From positions 1 to 48,865 of the forward strand of contig SXRF01000091.1 in assembly GCA_005792635.1 (NCBI GenBank): a stretch of 48,865 bases of DNA, read 5' to 3'. Shown here in pieces: positions 27,769-35,451 of this stretch (the first letter of the stretch is position 1; each line of letters opens with the position of its first letter). Below the pieces are notes generated by a model. That model was given only the letters and a program-made list of their open reading frames with translations. It had not been told where the DNA came from and did no database searches. Both the position numbers and the translations under genes were made by a program. Source of the stretch: Rickettsiales bacterium (lineage in GTDB: Bacteria; Pseudomonadota; Alphaproteobacteria; Rickettsiales; SXRF01).

Positions 27769-28174
27769 TTTTAGTGAACTTGTTTTCAGCTTTTTTATTG
27801 CCGCCTGTCGGTACATTATGGCTTGAAGGAGTATCGTAGAACTCAGCAGCCCACATACGATGTGCGGCGACCATAGCCATTGGCGGAACTATTTTTTTCT
27901 TGCGAAAATCATCAATCAATTCAGATTCCAGTGAGCAATATTGAGCGAGTGAATCTTGGAAACCATCAATTTTTTGACCGCGCTGGCGATAGCGTTCAAC
28001 TTTTTCCTGCCATATCTTTTTTGCTGTTCCTGAAAGCCATTTTGGTGGCGGAAAATTTTCAGGGTCTGGTCGGCTCGCATGATCTGGAAAAAGCACCTCA
28101 ACCTTTTGACTAGGGCGCGTTTCACCGCGAGCCTTTTTGGTTTCTGGCGATAATGATTTGCGACCTCGTTTCAT
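27746..28174 (-). CDS. Terminase small subunit (P27-like)
   Basis: RGRK...PPKWLS...LAQYC...TPSS; position before large subunit. Confidence 0.85.
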   Translation of the reverse strand: MKRGRKSLSPETKKARGETRPSQKVEVLFPDHASRPDPENFPPPKWLSGTAKKIWQEKVERYRQRGQKIDGFQDSLAQYCSLESELIDDFRKKKIVPPMAMVAAHRMWAAEFYDTPSSHNVPTGGNKKAENKFTKNGNRSQS

Positions 28175-28272
28175 AAAATTAATTAAATTTTGAAAATTTT
28201 AATTCTTCCGCGCAAAAATTTGACTGGGCAACGGTCTAGGTGGCGAGGGCTATAGACTTTTGAAGCCCCCCT
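28175..28272. other. Probable cos packaging region
   Basis: Non-coding gap between HNH and small terminase, the usual cos position in HK97-like phages; cut site not determinable. Confidence 0.5.
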
Positions 28273-28602
28273 CTATCTATTCCTCGCAAAGCCTTGTTCT
28301 CTGGCGGTGTGGGCATCATGACAGGGCTTGCATAATGGGCGGAGGTTGCTCCACTCCAACCGCAGGTCGGGACGCTTGGCAATAGGTTCTATATGGTCAA
28401 CAACTGTGGCTTGCACAACACGCTTTGAGGCAGCACAGAAACAACATAGCGGATTAGATGCAAGGAAGACCAACCGCAGCTTACGCCATGCGCTATCATA
28501 TCCACGCTTGGCAGCAGAGCCGCGCTCCTTATCATATTCTAATCGCTTTTGTTCTTGTGGTTTATAGCCATGTGGGCGGTGAATTGGTGGACGCTTAGGC
28601 AT
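28273..28602 (-). CDS. HNH endonuclease (HK97 gp74-like terminase cofactor)
   Basis: RGYDSAW, PLCCFC, VVDHIEP, NLRPLCKPCH. Confidence 0.92.
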   Translation of the reverse strand: MPKRPPIHRPHGYKPQEQKRLEYDKERGSAAKRGYDSAWRKLRLVFLASNPLCCFCAASKRVVQATVVDHIEPIAKRPDLRLEWSNLRPLCKPCHDAHTAREQGFARNR

Positions 28603-28618
28603 GGGTATAGCTGATAAT

Positions 28619-28720
28619 AAAAAAACCCGCCACGACTTATGCCGAGCGGGTTATGTTTTGTGTCCTATGGACACACCAATTTAATTATCTCCAAACTACA
28701 TGAGTTGAGGCGCAAGTCAA
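28619..28720 (-). promoter_or_regulatory. Putative late promoter plus terminator (PR'/tR'-like)
   Basis: TTGACT-16-TAGTTT (28720-28693), then AACCCGC/GCGGGTT stem with U-run (28652-28619) before the late genes. Confidence 0.45.
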
Positions 28721-28733
28721 ATAGTTTTTTGTA

Positions 28734-29222
28734 TTATTTTTGTTCTGGAATTTTGAAATGTTTTGCCAGCCTATTCAATCCATCTTGCAACAATGTATTC
28801 CTTCTTTTTTTACCAACTGCCACATCAATATATTTTGCCCATTCACCAATGCAAACGACATTATAAACAATCAGGCGGGTGACAACTGGTAGCTCCTTCA
28901 TTGCTATATTGTATTTTTCCTCCATCTGCTCTCTTGCTTCATAGTTAGGCTCTCCGCGAGGCTGGCGTGGGTCACGCACAGTTACATAGCCCGACTTCTC
29001 TGCGCCATAATACCACAAGCTATACAGTGTATTTGCTGCATCATATTGGTGTGATTTTATTAAACCGCGGTTATGATAATACTCAATCGGACATGTAGTC
29101 CTGTTGAACGCTACTCGGTGATTAGGCTCTATCTCAACACGCTCAACTACCTGCTGTTTATGAAACTCTGGTGTTCCGTAGTCTTTGCTGTCTTTTTTTA
29201 TTGTTTGTCTAGCTTTTTGCAT
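28734..29222 (-). CDS. Putative late transcription regulator (Q-position)
   Basis: RGLI...QYDAA, VVCIGE, LQDGLNRLAKHF C-terminal HTH; last early gene before late operon. Confidence 0.6.
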   Translation of the reverse strand: MQKARQTIKKDSKDYGTPEFHKQQVVERVEIEPNHRVAFNRTTCPIEYYHNRGLIKSHQYDAANTLYSLWYYGAEKSGYVTVRDPRQPRGEPNYEAREQMEEKYNIAMKELPVVTRLIVYNVVCIGEWAKYIDVAVGKKRRNTLLQDGLNRLAKHFKIPEQK

Positions 29223-30288
29223 TGGCAGAATCTCCTGTTGGCTGGGTGATGGGGAAAAATTTTGCGGTCATATCCGCGACAACTCCTGCGGTATGTGTTT
29301 TAGAAAGATGCGCGTATCGCTGCACCATCGCGGCAGATTTATGACCGAGTGCCGCGCCAATGTCGGCGGTTGTTCCGCCATTCATGGCGACATAGCTGGC
29401 AAAAGTGTGACGAAGGTCGTGAAAGTGGAAATTATTTATCTTGGCGCGAGCGAGCGCGGTGCGCCATTCTTTCTCAATATCAACTGGTAGGTTTCCAAAA
29501 CGCGAAGGAAAAACATAGTCGCTTTTCGGGTGACGCTTATGTTGTTTAAGCATTTCTAGGGCAACGCCCGTTATGAATAATGGACGGCGTTCATTGTTTT
29601 TGGATTCCTGCACTGTGGCGATGCCTCGTTCGAAATCAACATCCTGCCATTTTAGCGAAAGTATTTCCATTTTCCGCGCACCTGTGGAAAGTGCCAGCAT
29701 CACGATAAGTTCAAGCGGTTTGTGTTTTTCCAGCCGCACGGCACGAAGTAGTGCTTCGCGTTCAGCATCAGAAAGAAAGCGCACGCGCCCGCGGCTTTCT
29801 TTCAGCTTTTCCAGCCGCGCAATAGGTGATTGCTCCAGCCATGCCCAGACTTTTATGGCAGTGGTGAAGACATGGCTTAAAGCTGCCATATAGCGATTAG
29901 CGGTGGCATGGCTTACATTTTCCAGCAACTCATCGCGCTGTTTGGCAAGCAGCGCGGGCGTAACATGACTGAGGCGATATTCGCCAATTCGTGCCCACCA
30001 CCAGTTTAGTTGAGTTTCTTGCTGTTTTGTATAGCGCAGCTTTCGCGATTTATTCGGCATAACTGTTTTTAGATAATTGGCTATCATCTCACCAACCGAA
30101 TGCTGGTCGGCAGAATTGGTGAGCTGATATTTTCCGCTATTTATTTCCGTCTCTTTTTTGGCTGCCCATTCTCGCGCTTCGGTGAGGGTGTCAAATGTAG
30201 CCTTGATTGGCTTGAACCCCGCTCGGCGGACACTGGCGCGAAACCGCTTTCTTCCTTTCGGCGTGACGCGCTTTTCAAATGTTGCCAT
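29209..30288 (-). CDS. Second, internal tyrosine recombinase (same family as island integrase)
   Basis: LSTGARKMEI, ESKN, HDLRH, LGH, QRYAH all intact; GGAGG RBS. Confidence 0.93.
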   Translation of the reverse strand: MATFEKRVTPKGRKRFRASVRRAGFKPIKATFDTLTEAREWAAKKETEINSGKYQLTNSADQHSVGEMIANYLKTVMPNKSRKLRYTKQQETQLNWWWARIGEYRLSHVTPALLAKQRDELLENVSHATANRYMAALSHVFTTAIKVWAWLEQSPIARLEKLKESRGRVRFLSDAEREALLRAVRLEKHKPLELIVMLALSTGARKMEILSLKWQDVDFERGIATVQESKNNERRPLFITGVALEMLKQHKRHPKSDYVFPSRFGNLPVDIEKEWRTALARAKINNFHFHDLRHTFASYVAMNGGTTADIGAALGHKSAAMVQRYAHLSKTHTAGVVADMTAKFFPITQPTGDSANAKS

Positions 30289-30420
30289 GCGCCCTCCGAA
30301 ACAATTTTATTTTACTGTCCCTAGATTGCCCCTCGCGGCATTTTGAAAAGTAAATATTGTTTTGTTTTTGCTGCATTTTTTGTCATTTCATCTTAATTTA
30401 TAGAAATCATGTAGAGGTTT

Positions 30421-30945
30421 TTACAGTTTCTCTTTCTTTTCTGGGTACATAGAGGCATCAGGCGCAGACCAATCAATCCTAATTCCAGTGGTTTTTACTG
30501 GTGCTTGCTGACGGTTATTATCCATCCACATTACGAACAGAAGGCTGCAAACCGCATGAGCAAGATGCGGCAACCCCGACTCATCAATCTTTTGCTGCTG
30601 AATTCTTAATGATACATGGCGCAGGGCGGCGGAAAGATAATCATCTGGCTCGCCCAGCTTCCAGTTGTCACGGCTATGCTTGACAGCCCCATAGTCCGCC
30701 ACCTGCGCCACTTGCTCAATCTCTGCCCACGGCAGAAGCGATAACATCGGCTTGCCTGCATGGTCTTTTAGGAATTTTTCATCGGTAGATTTTTTGATAG
30801 CTGAGGCTGATTTATCAGCAAAATCTGGCGGTGGATAAATGTCTTTTGGTTCAAAAACGCCACCATCTGAAAATTTGACAGATGGAAACTTTGGTTTTAT
30901 TGAATTAAATAAATTAAATATTTTCAAGCAATCCACAAAAGCCAT
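30421..30945 (-). CDS. dATP/dGTP diphosphohydrolase-domain protein (DUF5664-like)
   Basis: GKPMLSLLP, YGAVKHSRDNW, AALRH, DESGLPHLAHA. Confidence 0.8.
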   Translation of the reverse strand: MAFVDCLKIFNLFNSIKPKFPSVKFSDGGVFEPKDIYPPPDFADKSASAIKKSTDEKFLKDHAGKPMLSLLPWAEIEQVAQVADYGAVKHSRDNWKLGEPDDYLSAALRHVSLRIQQQKIDESGLPHLAHAVCSLLFVMWMDNNRQQAPVKTTGIRIDWSAPDASMYPEKKEKL

Positions 30946-30950
30946 AATTA

Positions 30951-31955
30951 TTATCCCCTAGCTATGATTTCAATATTGGTTATTTCTGCCCAGACTTCGC
31001 GTGTGGCAGCATAAATCACACTTTCGTAATCTCTTTTTATTCGCTCGCATCGGAACGGACTTACGGCTGTTAGTGTAAGTTTTGTGCAGTTTTTGTGCTG
31101 TAGTCGCAGGGGTTTTATCCACGCATTGAAATGAATATCGCCAATCTTCATGCGTATTTTTTCAAGTATATTAAAAAATTCTCGATTTTCCTGTGTATCA
31201 CCTCCGAGTTCATATATCGTCAGTGGCGGTGTATTGAGTGGCTGTGCATTTTTCCCTATCATAGTTTCAATCCAGCGTTCGTTTTTTAGCCACTTGGCAG
31301 GATATGGCGCGTAACCATCCCTTGCCTCTTTGGTCAGCAGGTAGCGTTCTAGTGCTTCCATCATTTGCGGATGCCGAATTTTATTAGTGGCAATCTTCCA
31401 TTGCCGATATGCGTTGGGTTTTTCTGCTCGTCTGATGGCTGGATATTTTTCCCAAAATTCTTCAAACTGGTCTGAATAAATTTTTTCTTTTAATTTTTTT
31501 TGAAACTTTTTCTCTGGAGAGTTAATTATAGAGTTCTCTGGAGAGTTAGTGTGCATCTGGTTCACCCCTTGAGTGAACGACATGCACCCCTCTAGTGAAT
31601 TAGGTTCACCCCTTGGCTCACTTTTGGCGGTGGGGTGAATATCCTGCACCCCTTCATTTTGTGGTGAATTAGGTTCACTTGAGCTAGGGAATGATGCGTG
31701 ATATTCGTTTGCATCCCAAATTCTTCCCGTAAGTCCGCGTTTTTCCTTCACCAAAAATCCAGCCTCAACAGCGAGCTGAATATGGGTTATGACGGCGCGA
31801 ACTGATAGCGAAGCATTGGCGGCGATTGTCGTATGGCTAGGAAAACAGTTATCGCCGTGGTCATTCATATAGGTAGCAAGGGTGAGCAGCACCAATTTAG
31901 TTGTTGATTGCAAATCTGAACCAAGAATGGCTTGCCGCCATGACCAGACATTCAT
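30951..31955 (-). CDS. Replication initiator (N-terminal HTH, C-terminal DnaA domain I-like)
   Basis: KLVLLTLA...CFPSHTTIA HTH, FEEFWEKYP, AKWLKNERW, then FNAWIKPL...LTLTAVSPF...IKRDY. Confidence 0.85.
   Translation of the reverse strand: MNVWSWRQAILGSDLQSTTKLVLLTLATYMNDHGDNCFPSHTTIAANASLSVRAVITHIQLAVEAGFLVKEKRGLTGRIWDANEYHASFPSSSEPNSPQNEGVQDIHPTAKSEPRGEPNSLEGCMSFTQGVNQMHTNSPENSIINSPEKKFQKKLKEKIYSDQFEEFWEKYPAIRRAEKPNAYRQWKIATNKIRHPQMMEALERYLLTKEARDGYAPYPAKWLKNERWIETMIGKNAQPLNTPPLTIYELGGDTQENREFFNILEKIRMKIGDIHFNAWIKPLRLQHKNCTKLTLTAVSPFRCERIKRDYESVIYAATREVWAEITNIEIIARG
31470..31678. repeat. Probable phage origin: five palindromic iterons plus AT-rich stretch
   Basis: GTG(A/C)A-N5-T(T/G)CAC at 31551, 31573, 31595, 31635, 31664; TTCTCTGGAGAGTTA at 31510 and 31534; AT-rich 31476-31511. 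Confidence 0.75.
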
Positions 31956-32137
31956 TGCCTTATTCCTTCTTTTGCTAATAAAATTTGCTGTTTATATTCT
32001 TCAAAATATCGCCGTGCGCGGTGACGGATAAGCGCGGCAATCAGGCGTGAAGGCGGATGCTCTGGCGCGACCTCGGCAATCGCGCGGCGTACGCAGCTAT
32101 CGTAAATATCGTCTAGGATTTCATTTTGCGGGGTCAT
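31952..32137 (-). CDS. Hypothetical phage protein
   Basis: ATG 32137 after GGAGG; ATGA overlap with initiator. Confidence 0.55.
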   Translation of the reverse strand: MTPQNEILDDIYDSCVRRAIAEVAPEHPPSRLIAALIRHRARRYFEEYKQQILLAKEGIRQ

Positions 32138-32327
32138 TGATGCCCTCCGTTTTTTCTGAAAAACCGACCACCACGCAAGGCGGAACATTCAATAAAAACC
32201 CTCTAATTTTTCGCGCATCCGCAAGCAATTTATCTATGTCAATTGGCTTTTCCTGAAGCGCGAAAGCATATTGAAAGCTGGACAGCGCGTAAGAAGCTTT
32301 CTCCAATTCTGTGAGTTTTTGACTCAT
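32121..32327 (-). CDS. Hypothetical phage protein
   Basis: 68 aa, coupled to neighbours. Confidence 0.55.
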   Translation of the reverse strand: MSQKLTELEKASYALSSFQYAFALQEKPIDIDKLLADARKIRGFLLNVPPCVVVGFSEKTEGINDPAK

Positions 32328-32545
32328 AAATCCTCATCGCGCTTGGTTAGTGGGCGGTAAAACCCGTCTAGTTTTGGTTTTCCAAAATTCTTGGGGTCAG
32401 TGACGGTGGTTTTATGTTCGCAGACGGGGCATATATCCACGAACCACGCACAATTATGCATTCGTTGCCGACCACCAGCAGCCTCTAAACAATCGGCGCA
32501 AGCGCAAGCTGGATATGGTTTTCTATCAATGGCTGTGTCTTTCAT
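32324..32545 (-). CDS. Small zinc-finger-like protein
   Basis: CADC and CPVC pairs; ATG 32545 after GAGG. Confidence 0.55.
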   Translation of the reverse strand: MKDTAIDRKPYPACACADCLEAAGGRQRMHNCAWFVDICPVCEHKTTVTDPKNFGKPKLDGFYRPLTKRDEDL

Positions 32546-32552
32546 AGCTTCC

Positions 32553-32753
32553 TCATTCTGGATCAAATTTTGGCGAATCAGTCGCGCGGATGGTGGATTT
32601 CGCCGCCGCTTCATTTTGCAAGCAAATGGCAGCGAGTTCGGCTTCCAAAACCGCACATAAAACTGTGAATATGCGGTTAGGCGGGACTTTTTCTTTCACC
32701 ACATCGCGCCATTTTTCAAAACCCAGCTCTTTGGTTAATTTTTCGCGCAGCAC
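32553..32753 (-). CDS. Hypothetical phage protein
   Basis: GTG start after GGAGGAG. Confidence 0.55.
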   Translation of the reverse strand: MLREKLTKELGFEKWRDVVKEKVPPNRIFTVLCAVLEAELAAICLQNEAAAKSTIRATDSPKFDPE

Positions 32754-32896
32754 AACAGCTCCTCCAATTGCGTAAGGTTAAAAAATTTATGGTGTTATTT
32801 TATTATTCTGTTGCCCGTCTCTCCGAGCTGCCACACAATTTTTATGCCAATGGCATGTGTCGCCACCTAACACCCACAGGACAATGGGAGGTATCT

Positions 32897-33727
32897 TTAT
32901 CCGCCGATGTAAGTCGTAACCCCTGTCAGCTCCTTAAGTGCCGCACGAACGGCTTCCAGAGTTTCATCAATGGCTAGGTCAAAGCTGAGAAGTTGGACTT
33001 TGAAATCAGGCTTTGAAGCATCCGCAGATTGGCGCATGCGCCAGCTCATTTTTGCACGGAAGTTATAAGTAGGTATCTTCTTGGCTTCATCTTCAATAAG
33101 AGAATTAAGCACATTCAAACCATCAAATGGGGCGACCTGTACCGATAAGAATTCAGGTATTGAAACAGCCGTTAGTTTTGCACTACCGCCCTTAATTTCT
33201 TGGCGGTATGAGAATACCGTCCCATCCGCACCCATATTGCTTTCTGCCTGTGCATTTACTGTTGCGCGGAAATTTTTAACAATATCCAAAACATCAGCTT
33301 GCGAAGGATTAATAATCTCATCTAACCCGCTATCAAGGAAATCCGCAAAATCTTCCTGCGATTTCCATTGATTGTTGTTCTTTTCCCACAATTGCCAACG
33401 CTGCGAACGCTTGTAATGGAATTCTATCGCATGGTCGCACCATTTGGGATTTTCTTTTCCGTGGTAATCAAAAACCACCTGAATACGCTCACGGCTAGCA
33501 AAAGCGGCGGTGGTTTCAGTCTTGTATTGATTTACATATTCAACGAACCCTCGCAAATCATCAAACTTGCGCTTTTCTGATATGCGAATGGGCTGTGGTA
33601 AAAGATTTTCCAATTCATGAACTTTTTGGCTTGCGCCTATAACAATCGCAGGTTTTGCCACACCTTCTATTTTTTGAAGTGACACGCCACCATTTTGTAT
33701 AAATGTTTCAATGATATTATCAGTCAT
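32897..33727 (-). CDS. YfdQ/DUF2303 family protein
   Basis: FVEYVN, VFDYH...WCDH, SQEDFADFL, IPEFL...PFDG. Confidence 0.85.
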   Translation of the reverse strand: MTDNIIETFIQNGGVSLQKIEGVAKPAIVIGASQKVHELENLLPQPIRISEKRKFDDLRGFVEYVNQYKTETTAAFASRERIQVVFDYHGKENPKWCDHAIEFHYKRSQRWQLWEKNNNQWKSQEDFADFLDSGLDEIINPSQADVLDIVKNFRATVNAQAESNMGADGTVFSYRQEIKGGSAKLTAVSIPEFLSVQVAPFDGLNVLNSLIEDEAKKIPTYNFRAKMSWRMRQSADASKPDFKVQLLSFDLAIDETLEAVRAALKELTGVTTYIGG

Positions 33728-33752
33728 TTTTTAACCCTTTCATTATAGAATT

Positions 33753-34085
33753 TTATAGGCTTTTAACCAATGAAGCAGCGGGAGCTGTCATAGTCTTTAC
33801 GCTCTGGAAAAGCTCTGGTTGCTTGGGATTGCTATCAACCAAGTTGTTCTCTGGAGTGACAAACATAATTGACTCAATGGTGTCGCGCTCAGGAGCTTTG
33901 ATTTTGAATTTAATCCTAGTGAGCATCTCACCATCAAGTTTAGGCTTAAGGCTGATTTCTAGCGTCAGCTTACCTTCTTTTTGAAATTTGCTTACTGCAT
34001 CCACTAAACCGTGCATTTTTTCGCTTAATTGTGCGTCCAGATGCCCAGCCTTAAACTCTTTGAGGAAATTATAGAATTGTGTCAT
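33753..34085 (-). CDS. YfdP-like partner of DUF2303
   Basis: KEGKLTLEISLKP...FVTPENNL...NPKQPELF; typical neighbour of DUF2303 genes. Confidence 0.7.
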   Translation of the reverse strand: MTQFYNFLKEFKAGHLDAQLSEKMHGLVDAVSKFQKEGKLTLEISLKPKLDGEMLTRIKFKIKAPERDTIESIMFVTPENNLVDSNPKQPELFQSVKTMTAPAASLVKSL

Positions 34086-34146
34086 ATTGATAAGTCCTTA
34101 TAATAATTGTTAATATTATTTTTCTTCGTTGTTTTTTACTTATTCA

Positions 34147-34632
34147 TCACACTGTCCCTTTCGTTTCGTTGTTGACAAATGGCATGATGAGCTGTTTGGC
34201 GATTCGCGCTGCTTGCTCCACATCGTCAATTTCTTTCATCGCTTCTACCGCTTCATTATGCGTAATTCGCTTACCACCATCGGATGTCGCGCTGGTGAAC
34301 AGCAAAACCTTGGCACTGCACTCACCAAGTTCTTTGCTGATTTGTAAAATTTGCTGGGTAATGCTGCGCTTTGGCGCGGTCGGCTCGGGTGCGTGGAAAC
34401 TCCGCATGAAGAATGCGGTGATTGGCGGAATTGCGCCAGTTGCTTCAAAATAGGCTTGGTCAAGCGCGAAACATTGCTGCAAATTCAGCATAAAATCATC
34501 ATCAGGGTCGCTCGCTTTGTAAAGCAAGCTAGCCGATTTCCCCAAAACCTTCGCGCAAGGCTCAACTCCCAGCTCCGCCATAATCAGCGTCATAGCATGA
34601 TGAATAGTGTCAGGAATGCGTGGCTTGCTCAT
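34147..34632 (-). CDS. CII-family regulatory protein
   Basis: HTH CAKVLGKSASLLYKASDPD; KELGE...DGGKRITHNEA; downstream of cro. Confidence 0.65.
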   Translation of the reverse strand: MSKPRIPDTIHHAMTLIMAELGVEPCAKVLGKSASLLYKASDPDDDFMLNLQQCFALDQAYFEATGAIPPITAFFMRSFHAPEPTAPKRSITQQILQISKELGECSAKVLLFTSATSDGGKRITHNEAVEAMKEIDDVEQAARIAKQLIMPFVNNETKGTV

Positions 34633-35108
34633 GCTGCACCACCTTCAGCGTTGGCGGAGGGATTGCCTCCGCCGCTGCCTTCCCCTATAGTTCGGTCGCT
34701 CTGACTAGGAGCAAACAACCAACTAAAAGGAGAATTCAATGTTAGATGATGAGCAAATAGCGAAAGTTGAACGAGTGATAACCCGAGTGATATTAGAACA
34801 AATTGCTGTTGTCGCGCTATCAAGCTTACCAAACGAAGGGAGGCAGAACTTAATGAATCAATTTCAAAATTTTTCTCCTGAGATGTATGGAGCAACTGCT
34901 GAGCAAAAGGCTGGTGTCCAGAAATCTGTTCAGAATTTTTGGAAGGATTTAGACAAAGCACTTTCTCATCATGACCTTCCTCAGTCGGATTAAAAATACC
35001 ACCCCTACGCATCTGGTTACTAGCTTCTTCGGCATAAACCCTACCCACGGAGTTTTCTGCAACTTTGGTAAGTTGCTCCAGCAATTCTTTGTATGATGGT
35101 TCGCTCAT
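34629..35108 (-). CDS. Early protein with N-terminal copy of tape-measure C-terminus
   Basis: ATGA-coupled to cro and cII; residues 9-41 are 25/33 identical to the TMP C-terminus. Confidence 0.8.
   Translation of the reverse strand: MSEPSYKELLEQLTKVAENSVGRVYAEEASNQMRRGGIFNPTEEGHDEKVLCLNPSKNSEQISGHQPFAQQLLHTSQEKNFEIDSLSSASLRLVSLIARQQQFVLISLGLSLVQLSLFAHHLTLNSPFSWLFAPSQSDRTIGEGSGGGNPSANAEGGAA
34663..34691 (+). promoter_or_regulatory. sigma70 promoter antisense to the early lytic operon (PRE-like position)
   Basis: TTGCCT-17 bp-TATAGT upstream of the 84-aa ORF. Confidence 0.7.
34739..34993 (+). CDS. Small helical protein antisense to lytic operon (moron-like)
   Basis: 84 aa; AAGGAG RBS 34727-34732; own promoter. 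Confidence 0.7.
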   Translation: MLDDEQIAKVERVITRVILEQIAVVALSSLPNEGRQNLMNQFQNFSPEMYGATAEQKAGVQKSVQNFWKDLDKALSHHDLPQSD

Positions 35109-35338
35109 TCTAAACCACCTGTGATATTGGAATGGTTAATTGTGGTTAAATGTGGCATATTATTTGCAAACCAGTTCATTACTTTTTGATAGGTTTTTGT
35201 TGTGCATCCACCACCTGCTTCTATGCGGTCAAAGAATTTTCCGTCATTTACGATGGTGGTTGCTAGAGTTGAACGCGCTTTACCTGTCTGCTTGCAATAA
35301 GCATCAGCGGCATTGAGCATATTTTTTGTAAAATCCAT
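35105..35338 (-). CDS. Cro-like repressor
   Basis: Short HTH protein divergent from cI; ARSTLATTIVNDGKFFDRIEAG. Confidence 0.8.
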   Translation of the reverse strand: MDFTKNMLNAADAYCKQTGKARSTLATTIVNDGKFFDRIEAGGGCTTKTYQKVMNWFANNMPHLTTINHSNITGGLE

Positions 35339-35370
35339 TACTTTACCTATGGGGATGTGAAGACTTCGCT

Positions 35371-35449
35371 ATATTCGGTAAATAAACCGTATTTGTCAAC
35401 GGTAATTTTACCTAATGACATAATATTTTTAATTAGGGAAAATCCCGAA
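35371..35449. promoter_or_regulatory. OR region: three operators, PR and PRM
   Basis: TTCGGTAAATAAACCGTA 35374, AACGGTAATTTTACCTAA 35398, TTAGGGAAAATCCCGAA 35433; PR TTGACA-17-GAATAT (minus); PRM ATGACA-17-GAAAAT (plus) 8 nt before cI ATG. Confidence 0.75.
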
Positions 35450-35451
35450 CT

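Noticed and set aside
7155-28602. Gene transfer agent
   Set aside because: att sites, integrase, repressor, replication and HNH/cos-type packaging indicate a true prophage.
29209-30288. Shufflon-type tail fibre inversion by an Rci-like recombinase
   Set aside because: No inverted cassettes or repeated crossover sites noticed around fibre genes, and the gene is far from them.
30421-30945. 2-aminoadenine (Z) genome pathway
   Set aside because: No PurZ, DatZ-like HD hydrolase or phage polymerase in the prophage.
31510-31678. CRISPR-like array
   Set aside because: Short degenerate palindromes inside a coding initiator gene, with no spacers or cas genes; they fit iterons.
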